A stretch of 64,000 nucleotides of DNA from Candidatus Saccharimonadia bacterium (GTDB taxonomy: Bacteria; Patescibacteriota; Saccharimonadia; CAILAD01; CAZGYV01): assembly GCA_041906885.1 (NCBI GenBank), contig JAYRII010000015.1:15534-79533 (forward strand), written 5' to 3'. The translations under genes and the position numbers were made by a program. Below, one piece after another: positions 10,904 through 20,480 of the stretch (within the stretch, counting starts at the first letter, position 1; every line of letters starts with the position of its first letter). The notes beneath the pieces are model-generated. The model saw nothing but the letters and a program-made list of their open reading frames with translations, was not told where the DNA came from and did not search any database.

Positions 10904-13618
10904 TTAAGAGGATTTTGAATCAGTTATGGCCGGCTGTTTTTGCTGGTTACTAATTGGTATCGCGGGCTGAGGACTGGGCGGTGCGGGTTGATTTGGTTGT
11001 GGTTGAGATTGTACTAACTGGCTCGGTGGTTCGGTTTTAGCCACTGGATTTGACTGAGGCTGATTGGCATTCGAGGGGCCTGCAGCCTGCTGGCTAGCCG
11101 AAACTGGCTTAGACGAACTAGCTGGGCTAATTGACAAGCTTTCAAAGATAGTTTTTTCTACCTCTCCCTTAGGCCGGCCATATTTCGTGCGTGATAGCTC
11201 TTTGACGGCAGCTTGTAATTTAAGATCAGCCTGACCGATTTTTGGCAGCATTTTGATCGAAAAAGGCGTTAAAACTGCTCCTTTTGAGATAATGCGCATA
11301 GCTGCACGATGGTTTGGCATGTTGATAATATCGGCGGCATCAAATGTCGGCGTCAGCTGTTTGGCCAAAAATTCCGCATCCTCTGGTCCAACACGGTAGC
11401 TTAGAATTGAGCCAACATTACCAAAAACGGCATCACGAATTTGCTCGTTCAATTGACCAATAAACTGGTTAGCTACAATCAGGCTCAAGTGATATTTACG
11501 AGCTTCTGATAAAATAGTGGCGAAACTATCGGTCGAAAAATTCTGAAACTCATCGACATACAAACTAAAGTCGCGGCGCTGCTCCTCTGGTGTATCAGAT
11601 CTACTCATCGCAGCCGCTTGAATTTTGATCACAAAAATCATACCCAAAAGTTTAGAATTCAATTCGCCAACCAGTCCCTTGCTCAAATTGACAATCAGGA
11701 TTTTACCCTCATCCATGACCTGGCGCAAATTGAGCGAGCTTTGATGTTGGCCAATAATATTACGCAAGATTTCATTCTGCGCAAAAGCACCAAACTTTGA
11801 TACAAACCAGCCCAACATCTCACTCTTATGATAATCACTGGTTTGAGCCATTTCCTTGAGCCAAAAATCTTGCACAATTGGGTCGGTGACGTACTTAAAC
11901 TTCTGCTTCAAGAATTCATTATCTGTAAAAATCTTTGGCACCTCGATAAATGTTGCGCCATTCGGGTCAGACATCAAAGTCAAAGTCGCATTACGATACC
12001 ATTGTTCAAAACGAGGACCGATTATGCCCTGCTGTTGCGGGTCGTAAAGCTTATAAAGCATCGAGATAGTTTCTTGGATGATAAAGTCTTTCTGCTCCGG
12101 GCGATCAAATTGCAAGATATTCAAGCCGAGCGGCATCCCAGTATCTGCCGGATTAAAATAAATCACATCCTCTGCCCTGTGGGCTGGCACTTTAGCAAGT
12201 AGTTCTTCGGCCGTGTCGCCATGTGGATCGATAAAGCATAATCCCTTACCCATTGCCATATCTTGGACAATCAGATTATGTAAAATAGTTGACTTACCAG
12301 TACCAGTTTGACCAACGATATAAACATGACGCCGTCTGTCATCGTCAGCCAGCTTCACCACTCTGTCCTGACCATGAAACAAATTACTACCAAAGATCAA
12401 CCCCTCATTACTCAGTTGCTGAGGCGCCGCAACCTCACGCACAGCCGAACGATCAACCGGAGTAGAGCTTTCGGCTGTCTTGCTTGGTAGATGAAATATA
12501 GTAGCTAGTTCGGTGGCATTTAAGACGACTTTGTTCCACCAGGCTGGGAAGATACGAAAAATAAAGTTGGTTGCCAGAGTTTGTGGATATTGAGATTGCA
12601 TCAATTTAAAACCATTTGAGCCCGGTAGATTAAGCTGGCTAAAACCAGCCATCATATCTTGAACCAAAGTTTTAGAGCGAACCTGATCATGTGAGCTGGC
12701 AATCAGCCGAATCATTGTTTCGTAAGTTGGTATCGAAGCCTTCTCTTCAATTAATTGACTTTTTTTCTGATCAATTGCATCTGGCGGATTATAGCCAGCC
12801 GCTTGCTTGTCAGATGATTCTGCCTGTGGCGATTTATAGGTCATTTTAGCCACATCCATTGGCGTAAAGCCTTTACCGGCATGTTTTTTATCGCCCGGAT
12901 GCAGTAATTTCTTAGCGGCCGCTCGTGCACGTTTGTTCCAGCGCTTTGAAGAAGATCGAATCAAAATTTGAAGTGCTACTCCTTCACCATCATGCAGCTG
13001 CGACATACTAGTTGTAATGCCACTAACAGCATCAAATTCACTAACTTTATAAGTCTGGATCGGATACCAGCTGTCGTTGGTCATAACCAGCTCACCGCCA
13101 GCCACTACCCCAATTTTACCCAAGTGTGAGAAAATATTGTGATCTTCACGCCGCTCAACCTGGATGTCTGGATAGGATGAATTAAGAGCTTTTTCAATAG
13201 TCGATAGTAAGCTAACAGGCACTACTACATAAAAGTAAATTTGACCACCCGTGGCTATCATCTCACAGGCTAAATGTTTTCGTCCGAAAAACCAACGTTT
13301 AAACGTACTCAAAGCCAACATATGATCCCAAAAACCCTTTGTCTTAGTCGCTCCAATGACTGCCATTATATTAAAAAATCCTTCAGCCCGAGCAATATTT
13401 TCCTTGATTAGCTCACGATTATCACGCATGGTCGCTTCATTAGCCTCAGCCGGTGGCAGCTTTACCAGCAAAGGTACCATTTTGAGACTACGCTCTAGCT
13501 CCTTCGCGCGCCGAAAAATTCGTCTAAAAATAAAGAAGGCTGCTACTGCCACAACCAAGACGGCTAGTACTAAAAGTACTATCATAAACATCGTAAATGA
13601 TAGATTTTCTTCGCCCAT
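10904..13618 (-). CDS. FtsK/HerA-superfamily P-loop ATPase most similar to type IV coupling proteins (TraD/TrwB/VirD4-like). It has an N-terminal TM helix and a Q/P-rich C-terminal tail.
   Basis: Walker A region HVYIVGQTGTGKST....CFIDPHGD; a VDEFQNF Walker B followed by SLIVANQFIGQL, in the DEFxxL...QSxxQL pattern of VirD4/TrwB; 904 aa. Confidence 0.6.
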   Translation of the reverse strand: MGEENLSFTMFMIVLLVLAVLVVAVAAFFIFRRIFRRAKELERSLKMVPLLVKLPPAEANEATMRDNRELIKENIARAEGFFNIMAVIGATKTKGFWDHMLALSTFKRWFFGRKHLACEMIATGGQIYFYVVVPVSLLSTIEKALNSSYPDIQVERREDHNIFSHLGKIGVVAGGELVMTNDSWYPIQTYKVSEFDAVSGITTSMSQLHDGEGVALQILIRSSSKRWNKRARAAAKKLLHPGDKKHAGKGFTPMDVAKMTYKSPQAESSDKQAAGYNPPDAIDQKKSQLIEEKASIPTYETMIRLIASSHDQVRSKTLVQDMMAGFSQLNLPGSNGFKLMQSQYPQTLATNFIFRIFPAWWNKVVLNATELATIFHLPSKTAESSTPVDRSAVREVAAPQQLSNEGLIFGSNLFHGQDRVVKLADDDRRRHVYIVGQTGTGKSTILHNLIVQDMAMGKGLCFIDPHGDTAEELLAKVPAHRAEDVIYFNPADTGMPLGLNILQFDRPEQKDFIIQETISMLYKLYDPQQQGIIGPRFEQWYRNATLTLMSDPNGATFIEVPKIFTDNEFLKQKFKYVTDPIVQDFWLKEMAQTSDYHKSEMLGWFVSKFGAFAQNEILRNIIGQHQSSLNLRQVMDEGKILIVNLSKGLVGELNSKLLGMIFVIKIQAAAMSRSDTPEEQRRDFSLYVDEFQNFSTDSFATILSEARKYHLSLIVANQFIGQLNEQIRDAVFGNVGSILSYRVGPEDAEFLAKQLTPTFDAADIINMPNHRAAMRIISKGAVLTPFSIKMLPKIGQADLKLQAAVKELSRTKYGRPKGEVEKTIFESLSISPASSSKPVSASQQAAGPSNANQPQSNPVAKTEPPSQLVQSQPQPNQPAPPSPQPAIPISNQQKQPAITDSKSS

Positions 13619-13660
13619 GATCTTTTCTAAGTATCCTTATGAGTTTTTGGTTTTTTTATA

Positions 13661-14074
13661 TTACGAATCATCAACATCGACGTTAAACCTTTTTTTGAGG
13701 TATTCCTTACTCAGCGATTCCTCCTGTTGTTCCTCAGCAAAGGGATCATTGGCGGTAGATTTTATTATATTTTCAGCCCTATCAACCCACTCTTTCTCGA
13801 TCACATCAACATCTTCGGCTGGCAGATCATCCTCGGGTATGGTCTGACTAGGCACCTGGGCAGATGGGGTAACAGCTGTTACGGGTAAATTGGTTGCCTG
13901 ACCACCAGTAGTAGTGGTCGGCGAACTTGGTCGAGCGACCGTCTCCTCTGGGCCAGCTACTTTCTTGCTGGTCATTAATTCAGGCTTTTTTTGATCGGGC
14001 GTGGAGGCCGACGGTTGCTCTACTTTTGACTGTTCGGGGTTTTGACTGGGCTGCTGTAGACTACTAGGTTGCAT
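13661..14074 (-). CDS. Hypothetical low-complexity (P/S/T/Q-rich, acidic C-terminus) protein.
   Basis: A 137-aa ORF co-directional with and upstream of the coupling-ATPase gene; no recognisable domain. Confidence 0.3.
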   Translation of the reverse strand: MQPSSLQQPSQNPEQSKVEQPSASTPDQKKPELMTSKKVAGPEETVARPSSPTTTTGGQATNLPVTAVTPSAQVPSQTIPEDDLPAEDVDVIEKEWVDRAENIIKSTANDPFAEEQQEESLSKEYLKKRFNVDVDDS

Positions 14075-14132
14075 AACAGCTTTAATTATAGCGCTTTTGC
14101 TTATTTTTTTCTAGGATTAGAACTCTGCCACA

Positions 14133-15662
14133 CTATTTATGCACCCAAACAGCTGTTCCAACGTCGGCCCATGAATAGAGGAAAGCAGCTGATGATTCTG
14201 GCATATTAACACATCCGTGGCTACCCCCGTAATAATAATCCGAGCCGCCAAAACTCGACCGCCAACTAGCATCATGCAAGCCATATCCCTGGTAAAAAGG
14301 CATCCAATACTTCACAAAAACATTGTAGTTATATCCATACGGACGGCCATTAAGGTAGGTATTGGTGTTTTTATAATATACATGAAAGAGTCCGGTGACG
14401 GTTGGAAAGCCAGCACCGGTCGCGCCGCTTGTAATAGGCGAGCTAAAAACTACCTGCCCCTTGTCGTATGCCCATAATTTTTGTTGTGATAAATTAATCT
14501 CAATATAACGATCTAGATCAAGTCCATACGATCGGTTAGTCTCGGTCTTATAAGCTACCTTGTTAGTCTTAACCTCATAGCTTGATTCACCAGTTGTCTT
14601 CATGGCTTCTACCAACGACGATGTTGTGGCATCTTGATCTATTGCCAAACCTTCAACACCTTCTTGTTCGACAGAAGTAACACCATCACGAATCATAATT
14701 TTTTTATTTTTTGGCGCCTGATTAATTTGATTAGCGACTGACTGAACATAACCCTTAACCTGGCTTGGATCAATCTCGGTCGAAATAATAGTTGGCTTAT
14801 TGAAAGTTTTAATTTCCTTAAAGACGATCCAATGGCCAATCGTGGCTGAATCTGGACTAAAATTACGGCCGTTATAGTTGAGAATTATTTTTTTTCTCAT
14901 TAGTAGTTTGGCTTGATCTTGAGCTGATTTTGTAGAATCAACCTGAATATCGGCCTGAGTAATGATCGGATTGACGATTGCAACCTGGTCTTTTGCTGAT
15001 GTTAATGACTGATTTAATAGCCTAACCAAATAGTTGGTACTAATTTTAACTCCTGGTTGCGGTGGACTAACTTGAATTTGGCCTTCATTGATTGTCAATT
15101 TGGCGTTGACCGGATCGCGGCCAACCGAATTAGTTATTTTACTGATCTCAGAATTAAATTTCTCTTGATTTAGTCGATAAGCAAAGCCCAGCTGACCGTT
15201 ACCATTTGAGCTTAATATCGACAAAAGTGGCAAGGGGCGCTGCCTACCAACCTGATAAGCCAGGTCAACTGTGGCCGGGAGATCATAGCTTGCCCCCAGA
15301 TCATTGCTTTTGACAATAAAAAACTTGCCATCTGACTTGATGGTGATGGTTTTGTCTGGTGAAGCCTCGCGTAGCACTTTTAAAGCTGAGCTGCGCGTCT
15401 TCCAAGATAAATCATGACCAGCAACGGAAACCCCCGGATAAATCAAACCCTCAACCGCGGCTGCCACCACCGCATTAGCAAGCACCAAAAATAAAAAAAA
15501 TCCCAGCAACACAAAGACGGCTCTGGACATCGGCGATGGCTTTTGCCCTGATTTAGATAGTTTCCTGGGCAAACTTAAACGGTGAGAATGAGGATCTTGC
15601 ATAATTCCTACTTGCATTATAATACTTATGCTAGAACCACGCCACGCTTTTAATATCATCAA
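14133..15662 (-). CDS. L,D-transpeptidase (YkuD domain) with an N-terminal membrane anchor. The real start is probably internal, at the M at 15602 or 15530.
   Basis: A C-terminal catalytic motif HGCVN preceded by a His/Gly-rich segment; signal-anchor FVLLGFFLFLVLANAVVAAA. Confidence 0.75.
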   Translation of the reverse strand: MMILKAWRGSSISIIMQVGIMQDPHSHRLSLPRKLSKSGQKPSPMSRAVFVLLGFFLFLVLANAVVAAAVEGLIYPGVSVAGHDLSWKTRSSALKVLREASPDKTITIKSDGKFFIVKSNDLGASYDLPATVDLAYQVGRQRPLPLLSILSSNGNGQLGFAYRLNQEKFNSEISKITNSVGRDPVNAKLTINEGQIQVSPPQPGVKISTNYLVRLLNQSLTSAKDQVAIVNPIITQADIQVDSTKSAQDQAKLLMRKKIILNYNGRNFSPDSATIGHWIVFKEIKTFNKPTIISTEIDPSQVKGYVQSVANQINQAPKNKKIMIRDGVTSVEQEGVEGLAIDQDATTSSLVEAMKTTGESSYEVKTNKVAYKTETNRSYGLDLDRYIEINLSQQKLWAYDKGQVVFSSPITSGATGAGFPTVTGLFHVYYKNTNTYLNGRPYGYNYNVFVKYWMPFYQGYGLHDASWRSSFGGSDYYYGGSHGCVNMPESSAAFLYSWADVGTAVWVHK

Positions 15663-15671
15663 CAGACTATT

Positions 15672-18446
15672 CTATCTTTGAGTCAGATTTTTCAGATTGT
15701 TAAGCTTCTTGAGATTACTAATAATTGCGTCTAGGTTTTTACTGATGTCCTCTGATTTTGGCTGCGGACCAACATCCATCACTACCCTAAAAGCCATACT
15801 CTTGCGCTCAGTCGCGCTCAGCTTTTGGTCAGCAAAATCATTTAAAAAATTCGCCTTGATAACAAAGGAGTTTTTGAGTAAAGCACGCTTAATATCCTGC
15901 CAAAAAACATTATTGTCTATCTCAATTGCAATATCGCGAACGACAGGGGAGTAGGGAAGTAAATCATCAATTTTAGCCAGCTTATTATTGTCTAATATTA
16001 ACCTTATATTAACCTCACAAAAGCTTATTTCTGAAACAATTTTTAGTTCATTTAATAGACTAGGTCTGACCTGTCCATATTGCCCTATTACCTTGTCGTC
16101 CAGCTTGATGATAGCAGATCGCCCGGATATGAATTGTTTAATATCATTGGCATCAAAGCTAAAATCAAGCTGGCAAATTTCTGCTATGGCATCAATCTGC
16201 CCTTTAAGCCTAAGCAAGCTATCATTTCCAAACACTGTTAGTCCGAGTTGCCATTGCTCATCCGGTAAGCTACCGCTCTTGTTCGGTTTGTAAACTCTTG
16301 AGACCTCAAAAAACTCAAAGCTATCGCGATAGCTCTGATTGTTTGCAACCACCTGAAGATGACTTGGTAATAGAGATGTTCGTAAATATTGCTGCTCGCG
16401 CGACAATGGATTTAAGATCTCCAGATGACTATCCGTGTCCAGTTCAGTAGTTTTAATTATGTCTTCTCCAATAAACGAATAAGTCATTACCTCAAACAAG
16501 CCGCGTGCTACCAAAAATTTTTTTATTTCCAATATTCTTGGTAGTAACTGATGCTCGTCCGTTGCCATTGGTGGTAATAGTGGGGTAGTAGTAGGTAGCT
16601 TGTCATAGCCGATAATCTTAATAACTTCTTCAATCAAATCCTCCTCTAAGGCCACATCAGTTCGCCACCACGGAGTCGTCACTGCCAAAAGATGATTAAA
16701 ACTCTCAACATAACGGCGAGCACCCTTATAACCAGGATTATTAATAAAATAGCTCAGCGGCGATTCGATTACCGCTGGCTTAGCCATTTTACGTACCTGG
16801 CCGTTTTTATACTCATACTGAGCTGCATGAATTACTTTATTTTGTCCCATATAAATACCAACATGACCAATATCAGATCGTTCTTTTTGCAATTTTTTAT
16901 CAGTCCAATGGCCAGATCGAAACACTAAATCACCTGGTTTTAAATTAACTTCCTCAACCATCACTCCCGATTGAAATTGCGCATAAGCAGTCTCGCCAAT
17001 CCTTTTACCGATTAAGCTATAGATGTAGCTCGTCAGATATGAACAATCAAAGGCTTCAACACCATGCTGCTTAAAATTCGCCCCCCAAATATACGGCTTA
17101 CCAAGGTGTTTACTCAATTCCTTAGTCAGGCTAAAATGCTCGACTTCAAAACCAAGCCGCTTTAAGCCATTTACAACTCGTCTCTCATCAATCCTCATGC
17201 CCAGTACACGTTCAGCCCGACGCAAACGCAAACCAATGTGTTGCACCCAAGGCCAATCATATAATTGATCGAAGGGGCCATCAATTATCTCAGCCTGACA
17301 AATCTCTTGAAATAGTTGAATAAGACGGGGCAGTGCAATCGGTGGCAAGGACAAGGGGAGTGAACGCTCGAATCTAGCCGATGCTTCAGTTCGAAGACCG
17401 TGCCTTAAGGCTGTCTTGCGGACCAACTCTCGATCGAAATTAGCAACTTCTAGAATTATTTTGGTTGTCGACCGATCAACTTCAGTCGTCTGACCACCAA
17501 TTACTCCAGCCAGACCAATCGCACCAGACTCATCAGCAATCACAAGATCATCAGCCGTTAGCTTACGGCTAGCACCATCAAGTGTTGTAAGTTTTTCGGC
17601 AGGGGAGCCGCGCCTAACCTCTAGTCGCCCAGAAATTTTTTCCAAGTCATAGGCATGCGAAGGCTGGCCAGTCTCGAGCGCGACAAAGTTGGTAATATCT
17701 ACAACAGGGCTAATGCTCCGCAAGCCATTAGCTTCTAAGTTATCCACAAGCCACTGCGGTGAAACTATATTATTTTTCACGGCTAGTTTCACGGACATAA
17801 AACGCCTACACTCGCCTGTTTTCTTGACATTTACGTTTTCTATTGTTTTATATTGTAATGCTGGACTAGCTGGGATTTTGACACTTTGATCGAAATCGCC
17901 CGTGTATCCACTCGCCTCCCGCGCCAAACCGATCAAACTAAGTTGGTCCCACCTATTTGGCTGCGTCTTTATGTCCAGCTGATCCCCTTCAGGCCATATG
18001 TCGCACAATATTGTACCCGGCGCTATCGAGTCGTCGAGTAGCAATAGCCCGCTGTGATCGTCTGACAAACCCAGCTCGGCTGGCGAGCAAAGCATACCAG
18101 CTGACTCAACGCCGCGGATCTGAGCTGCTTTTATTGTCGTGCCATTGGGCAATTTAGAGCCAACTTGGGCCAAAACAACTATCTGATTGGTGGCCACATT
18201 CGGTGCACCGCAGACTATTTGATTATGCCTGGACTGCCCATAATCAACTGACACTAGCTTTAAGCGGTCTGCGTTGGGATGTTTTTTGACTGCAGTGATT
18301 TTAGCTGCAATGATTTTTTCGTCAAATTTATTCGAGCTTAGAATTTGCTCAACTTCAACTTCAGTCCGCTCAAGTCCTGCTACCATTTGATCGGTTGAGA
18401 GTTTTTTAGAAAGATAATGATTGATTGATTTGACGGATACTTTCAT
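15672..18446 (-). CDS. pheT: Phenylalanine--tRNA ligase beta subunit carrying an inserted NlpC/P60 (C40 peptidase) domain.
   Basis: N-terminal tRNA-binding domain (KHPNADRLKL), B3/4, a B5 motif LKRLGFEV and WRTDVALEEDLIEEVIKIIGYDKLP, and C-terminal FDX-ACB, all standard for PheT. Between the two B5 halves lie ~135 aa carrying YIWGANF..FDCSYLTSYIY..PGDLVF..HVGIYMG..VIHAA, a complete C40 Cys-His-His set. Confidence 0.85.
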   Translation of the reverse strand: MKVSVKSINHYLSKKLSTDQMVAGLERTEVEVEQILSSNKFDEKIIAAKITAVKKHPNADRLKLVSVDYGQSRHNQIVCGAPNVATNQIVVLAQVGSKLPNGTTIKAAQIRGVESAGMLCSPAELGLSDDHSGLLLLDDSIAPGTILCDIWPEGDQLDIKTQPNRWDQLSLIGLAREASGYTGDFDQSVKIPASPALQYKTIENVNVKKTGECRRFMSVKLAVKNNIVSPQWLVDNLEANGLRSISPVVDITNFVALETGQPSHAYDLEKISGRLEVRRGSPAEKLTTLDGASRKLTADDLVIADESGAIGLAGVIGGQTTEVDRSTTKIILEVANFDRELVRKTALRHGLRTEASARFERSLPLSLPPIALPRLIQLFQEICQAEIIDGPFDQLYDWPWVQHIGLRLRRAERVLGMRIDERRVVNGLKRLGFEVEHFSLTKELSKHLGKPYIWGANFKQHGVEAFDCSYLTSYIYSLIGKRIGETAYAQFQSGVMVEEVNLKPGDLVFRSGHWTDKKLQKERSDIGHVGIYMGQNKVIHAAQYEYKNGQVRKMAKPAVIESPLSYFINNPGYKGARRYVESFNHLLAVTTPWWRTDVALEEDLIEEVIKIIGYDKLPTTTPLLPPMATDEHQLLPRILEIKKFLVARGLFEVMTYSFIGEDIIKTTELDTDSHLEILNPLSREQQYLRTSLLPSHLQVVANNQSYRDSFEFFEVSRVYKPNKSGSLPDEQWQLGLTVFGNDSLLRLKGQIDAIAEICQLDFSFDANDIKQFISGRSAIIKLDDKVIGQYGQVRPSLLNELKIVSEISFCEVNIRLILDNNKLAKIDDLLPYSPVVRDIAIEIDNNVFWQDIKRALLKNSFVIKANFLNDFADQKLSATERKSMAFRVVMDVGPQPKSEDISKNLDAIISNLKKLNNLKNLTQR

Positions 18447-18447
18447 C

Positions 18448-19440
18448 TTAGAATTGCTCCATATATGTCAAATTTGGTCGCCAAAGCTGCCTTAAATCGG
18501 TCAGATTGTACTTAACCACAGCTATACGCTCGGCCCCGAAACCAAAGGCGAAAGCCTGATATTTTTCCGAGTCAACACCCCCATTAGCAAGTACATTCGG
18601 ATGCACCATACCAGCGCCCAGCAGCTCCAGCCACTCCCCCCGGTACTTGGCATCAATCTCAACCGAAGGCTCAGTGTATGGGAAATAATTCGGCCGCAAT
18701 CTAATTTCAGTGTCACTCCCCAAGATACCCTGCACCACACGCAATAATGTCCCTTTGAGATCAGCCATAGTGATATTTTCACCCACCACCAAACCTTCAA
18801 CTTGCGTAAAACTCCAAGAGTGAGTTGAATCCTCATCTTCATTGCGAAACACCTTACCAGGTGCGATTATTTGAAATGGAGGTTGGTTCTCTTCCATAAA
18901 TTTAACTTGCATCGAAGAAGTATGTGTTCTTGGCAAAATCGCTAGTTTGTTCTTGTCGCCTTTAATATAGAAAGTATCTTGCATGTCACGAGCTGGATGG
19001 TGCTCGGGCAAATTCAAGGCACCAAAATTATACCAGTCATCGACGATCTCAGGCCCATCGACGATCGCAAACCCCAACTCCGTAAAGATCTGGTAAACTA
19101 GTGCTAGTACACTACTTATTGGGTGCAAATGACCGACACCGAGACCAAGTCCGGGCTTAGTAACATCTATCGAAGGGTATTTCATGCCCCTCATAAGATC
19201 TTTATTCTTATCCTTAATCTTACTCTCGATAGTTTGCTTGAACTGATTTATAGTTTGGCCGGCCAATGGCTTGTCTTGAGCTGCCAAACCCCTAAGCTCT
19301 TCCGTTGCAGCTGCCAGGAGGCTTTTACGGCCCAAATACATTACTCTAAGAGATTCTAAGTCTTCACTTGAGTACACCTGATCAATTGATTGCAGAGCTT
19401 CCGGCAATAATGAATTAAGGGTCTCGAAGCTCTTTTTCAT
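18448..19440 (-). CDS. pheS: Phenylalanine--tRNA ligase alpha subunit
   Basis: A 330-aa ORF with class II aaRS motifs (..FRNEDED.THSW.FTQVEG.., GFGFGAERIA). Confidence 0.9.
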   Translation of the reverse strand: MKKSFETLNSLLPEALQSIDQVYSSEDLESLRVMYLGRKSLLAAATEELRGLAAQDKPLAGQTINQFKQTIESKIKDKNKDLMRGMKYPSIDVTKPGLGLGVGHLHPISSVLALVYQIFTELGFAIVDGPEIVDDWYNFGALNLPEHHPARDMQDTFYIKGDKNKLAILPRTHTSSMQVKFMEENQPPFQIIAPGKVFRNEDEDSTHSWSFTQVEGLVVGENITMADLKGTLLRVVQGILGSDTEIRLRPNYFPYTEPSVEIDAKYRGEWLELLGAGMVHPNVLANGGVDSEKYQAFAFGFGAERIAVVKYNLTDLRQLWRPNLTYMEQF

Positions 19441-19820
19441 GCTCTTTTGGTCCTAAAGTAAAATTCTACTATCATTACTGTCAGCGTAATTAAAATTACA
19501 TCTCTCAGGTTTAAACTATCTAGGCTTTTGAGGGCGAGCATTCCAACGGCAGCAAATGAGATAAGAAAAGCCGTTCGTAAGCTAGCTATTAGAGCTTTTT
19601 GGGATTTTTCACGGTATTTAGTTTGACGTAGTTTCATCAGAAAGCTTCCGATGGTGATTATACCCATCAAAAACAGCATCAAAGCTATAAACCAAAAAGT
19701 CACTCCAGCAGGCCCGATGTCCTTAGGTGCCGAGAAAACGACCGTGGTGATAGTTCCTACACCTGCTAAAGCTGTAACTAGTACGATGACAGATAATATT
19801 ACTGTTGTTTTGTGATTCAT
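19437..19820 (-). CDS. Hypothetical small integral membrane protein (4 predicted TM helices), first gene of the pheST operon.
   Basis: A 127-aa hydrophobic ORF whose end overlaps the pheS start by 4 nt. Confidence 0.5.
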   Translation of the reverse strand: MNHKTTVILSVIVLVTALAGVGTITTVVFSAPKDIGPAGVTFWFIALMLFLMGIITIGSFLMKLRQTKYREKSQKALIASLRTAFLISFAAVGMLALKSLDSLNLRDVILITLTVMIVEFYFRTKRA

Positions 19821-20019
19821 TTTTATTGTAACTAACCTGTAATATCAACTAATTATCTCAAAATTTATCAATTATCACAATATTTAGGTTAGTTTTCCAC
19901 AGTTGTACTAATTTACTACTCTATTTTGAATACATTATTTATTTTTTTGAGTTTAAATGACCTATCGAACACTTTTATTATTCTTTTTATCTTTTGGCAT
20001 GTACGGGATAGGTTTGTTC

Positions 20020-20060
20020 GGTTTTTCAAAAATAAAACACCCTATTTGGCATTAGGGTGT
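20020..20060 (-). terminator. Intrinsic terminator (hairpin ACACCCTA-TTTGGCAT-TAGGGTGT, followed by a U-run on the minus strand).
   Basis: A perfect 8-bp stem at 20037-20060, with a T-rich tract 20024-20036 when read on the minus strand. Confidence 0.6.
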
Positions 20061-20073
20061 TGAAAAAATATCA

Positions 20074-20106
20074 CTAAAAAGAGAAAAGGGCCGAATCCAT
20101 CCGGCC
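20074..20106 (-). terminator. Intrinsic terminator (GGCCGGATGGATTCGGCCC followed by CUUUUCUCUUUUU on the minus strand).
   Basis: A GC-rich 5-6 bp stem at 20088-20106 with a U-rich tail. Confidence 0.5.
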
Positions 20107-20480
20107 TGTCAAAAAGTTAAGCAACTTAAGTGCCGCGGAAACGGCCCGCTTTAGTCACCTTGGAGGCTCCAAAGTAACTAATTTTGGGTCATCGAACGTG
20201 AAAAATAGTTTACCATATGGTGGCTAACAAGTCAGTTCGATAGCTTCCCTACCAGTCGTGCGGCAAGAAGTCAGCAGTTTACACCCTAAAATCGTAGATC
20301 TTAAGGCGCAAGAAGCTGACCACTTCCGGCGGATGATAAGTTAATGCTCTTAATTGACAAGAAACCTACTTAGCATACTTCGCTAAGTAAGGTCGTTTCT
20401 CCTAGAACAGTAGGGAAAATCCAGACTAGAAACAAGGGGGGACGTTTCGATAGTCCGGGTTTCCCCTGCCGTTTTTTTTA
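20107..20480 (-). ncRNA. Unclassified structured RNA candidate (~370 nt) in an 830-bp gene-free interval. Neither strand nor class is resolved.
   Basis: There is no ORF. It contains several perfect hairpins (e.g. CCUUACUUAGC-GAAGUAU-GCUAAGUAGG) and duplicated GCAAGAAG(U)C(A)G motifs. Two tandem minus-strand terminators lie at its low-coordinate end, and a G-rich hairpin plus T8 lies at 20447-20480 on the plus strand. I could match no tmRNA, SRP, T-box or RNase P consensus. Confidence 0.25.

Noticed and set aside
18522-18842. 106-aa ORF inside pheS (different frame).
   Set aside because: It is embedded in a conserved aaRS gene and its Trp/Cys-rich nonsense composition marks it as spurious.
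19821-20060. T-box leader for the pheST operon.
   Set aside because: No AGGGUGGNACCGCG antiterminator core and no specifier-loop context. The terminators lie more than 200 nt from the first start codon.
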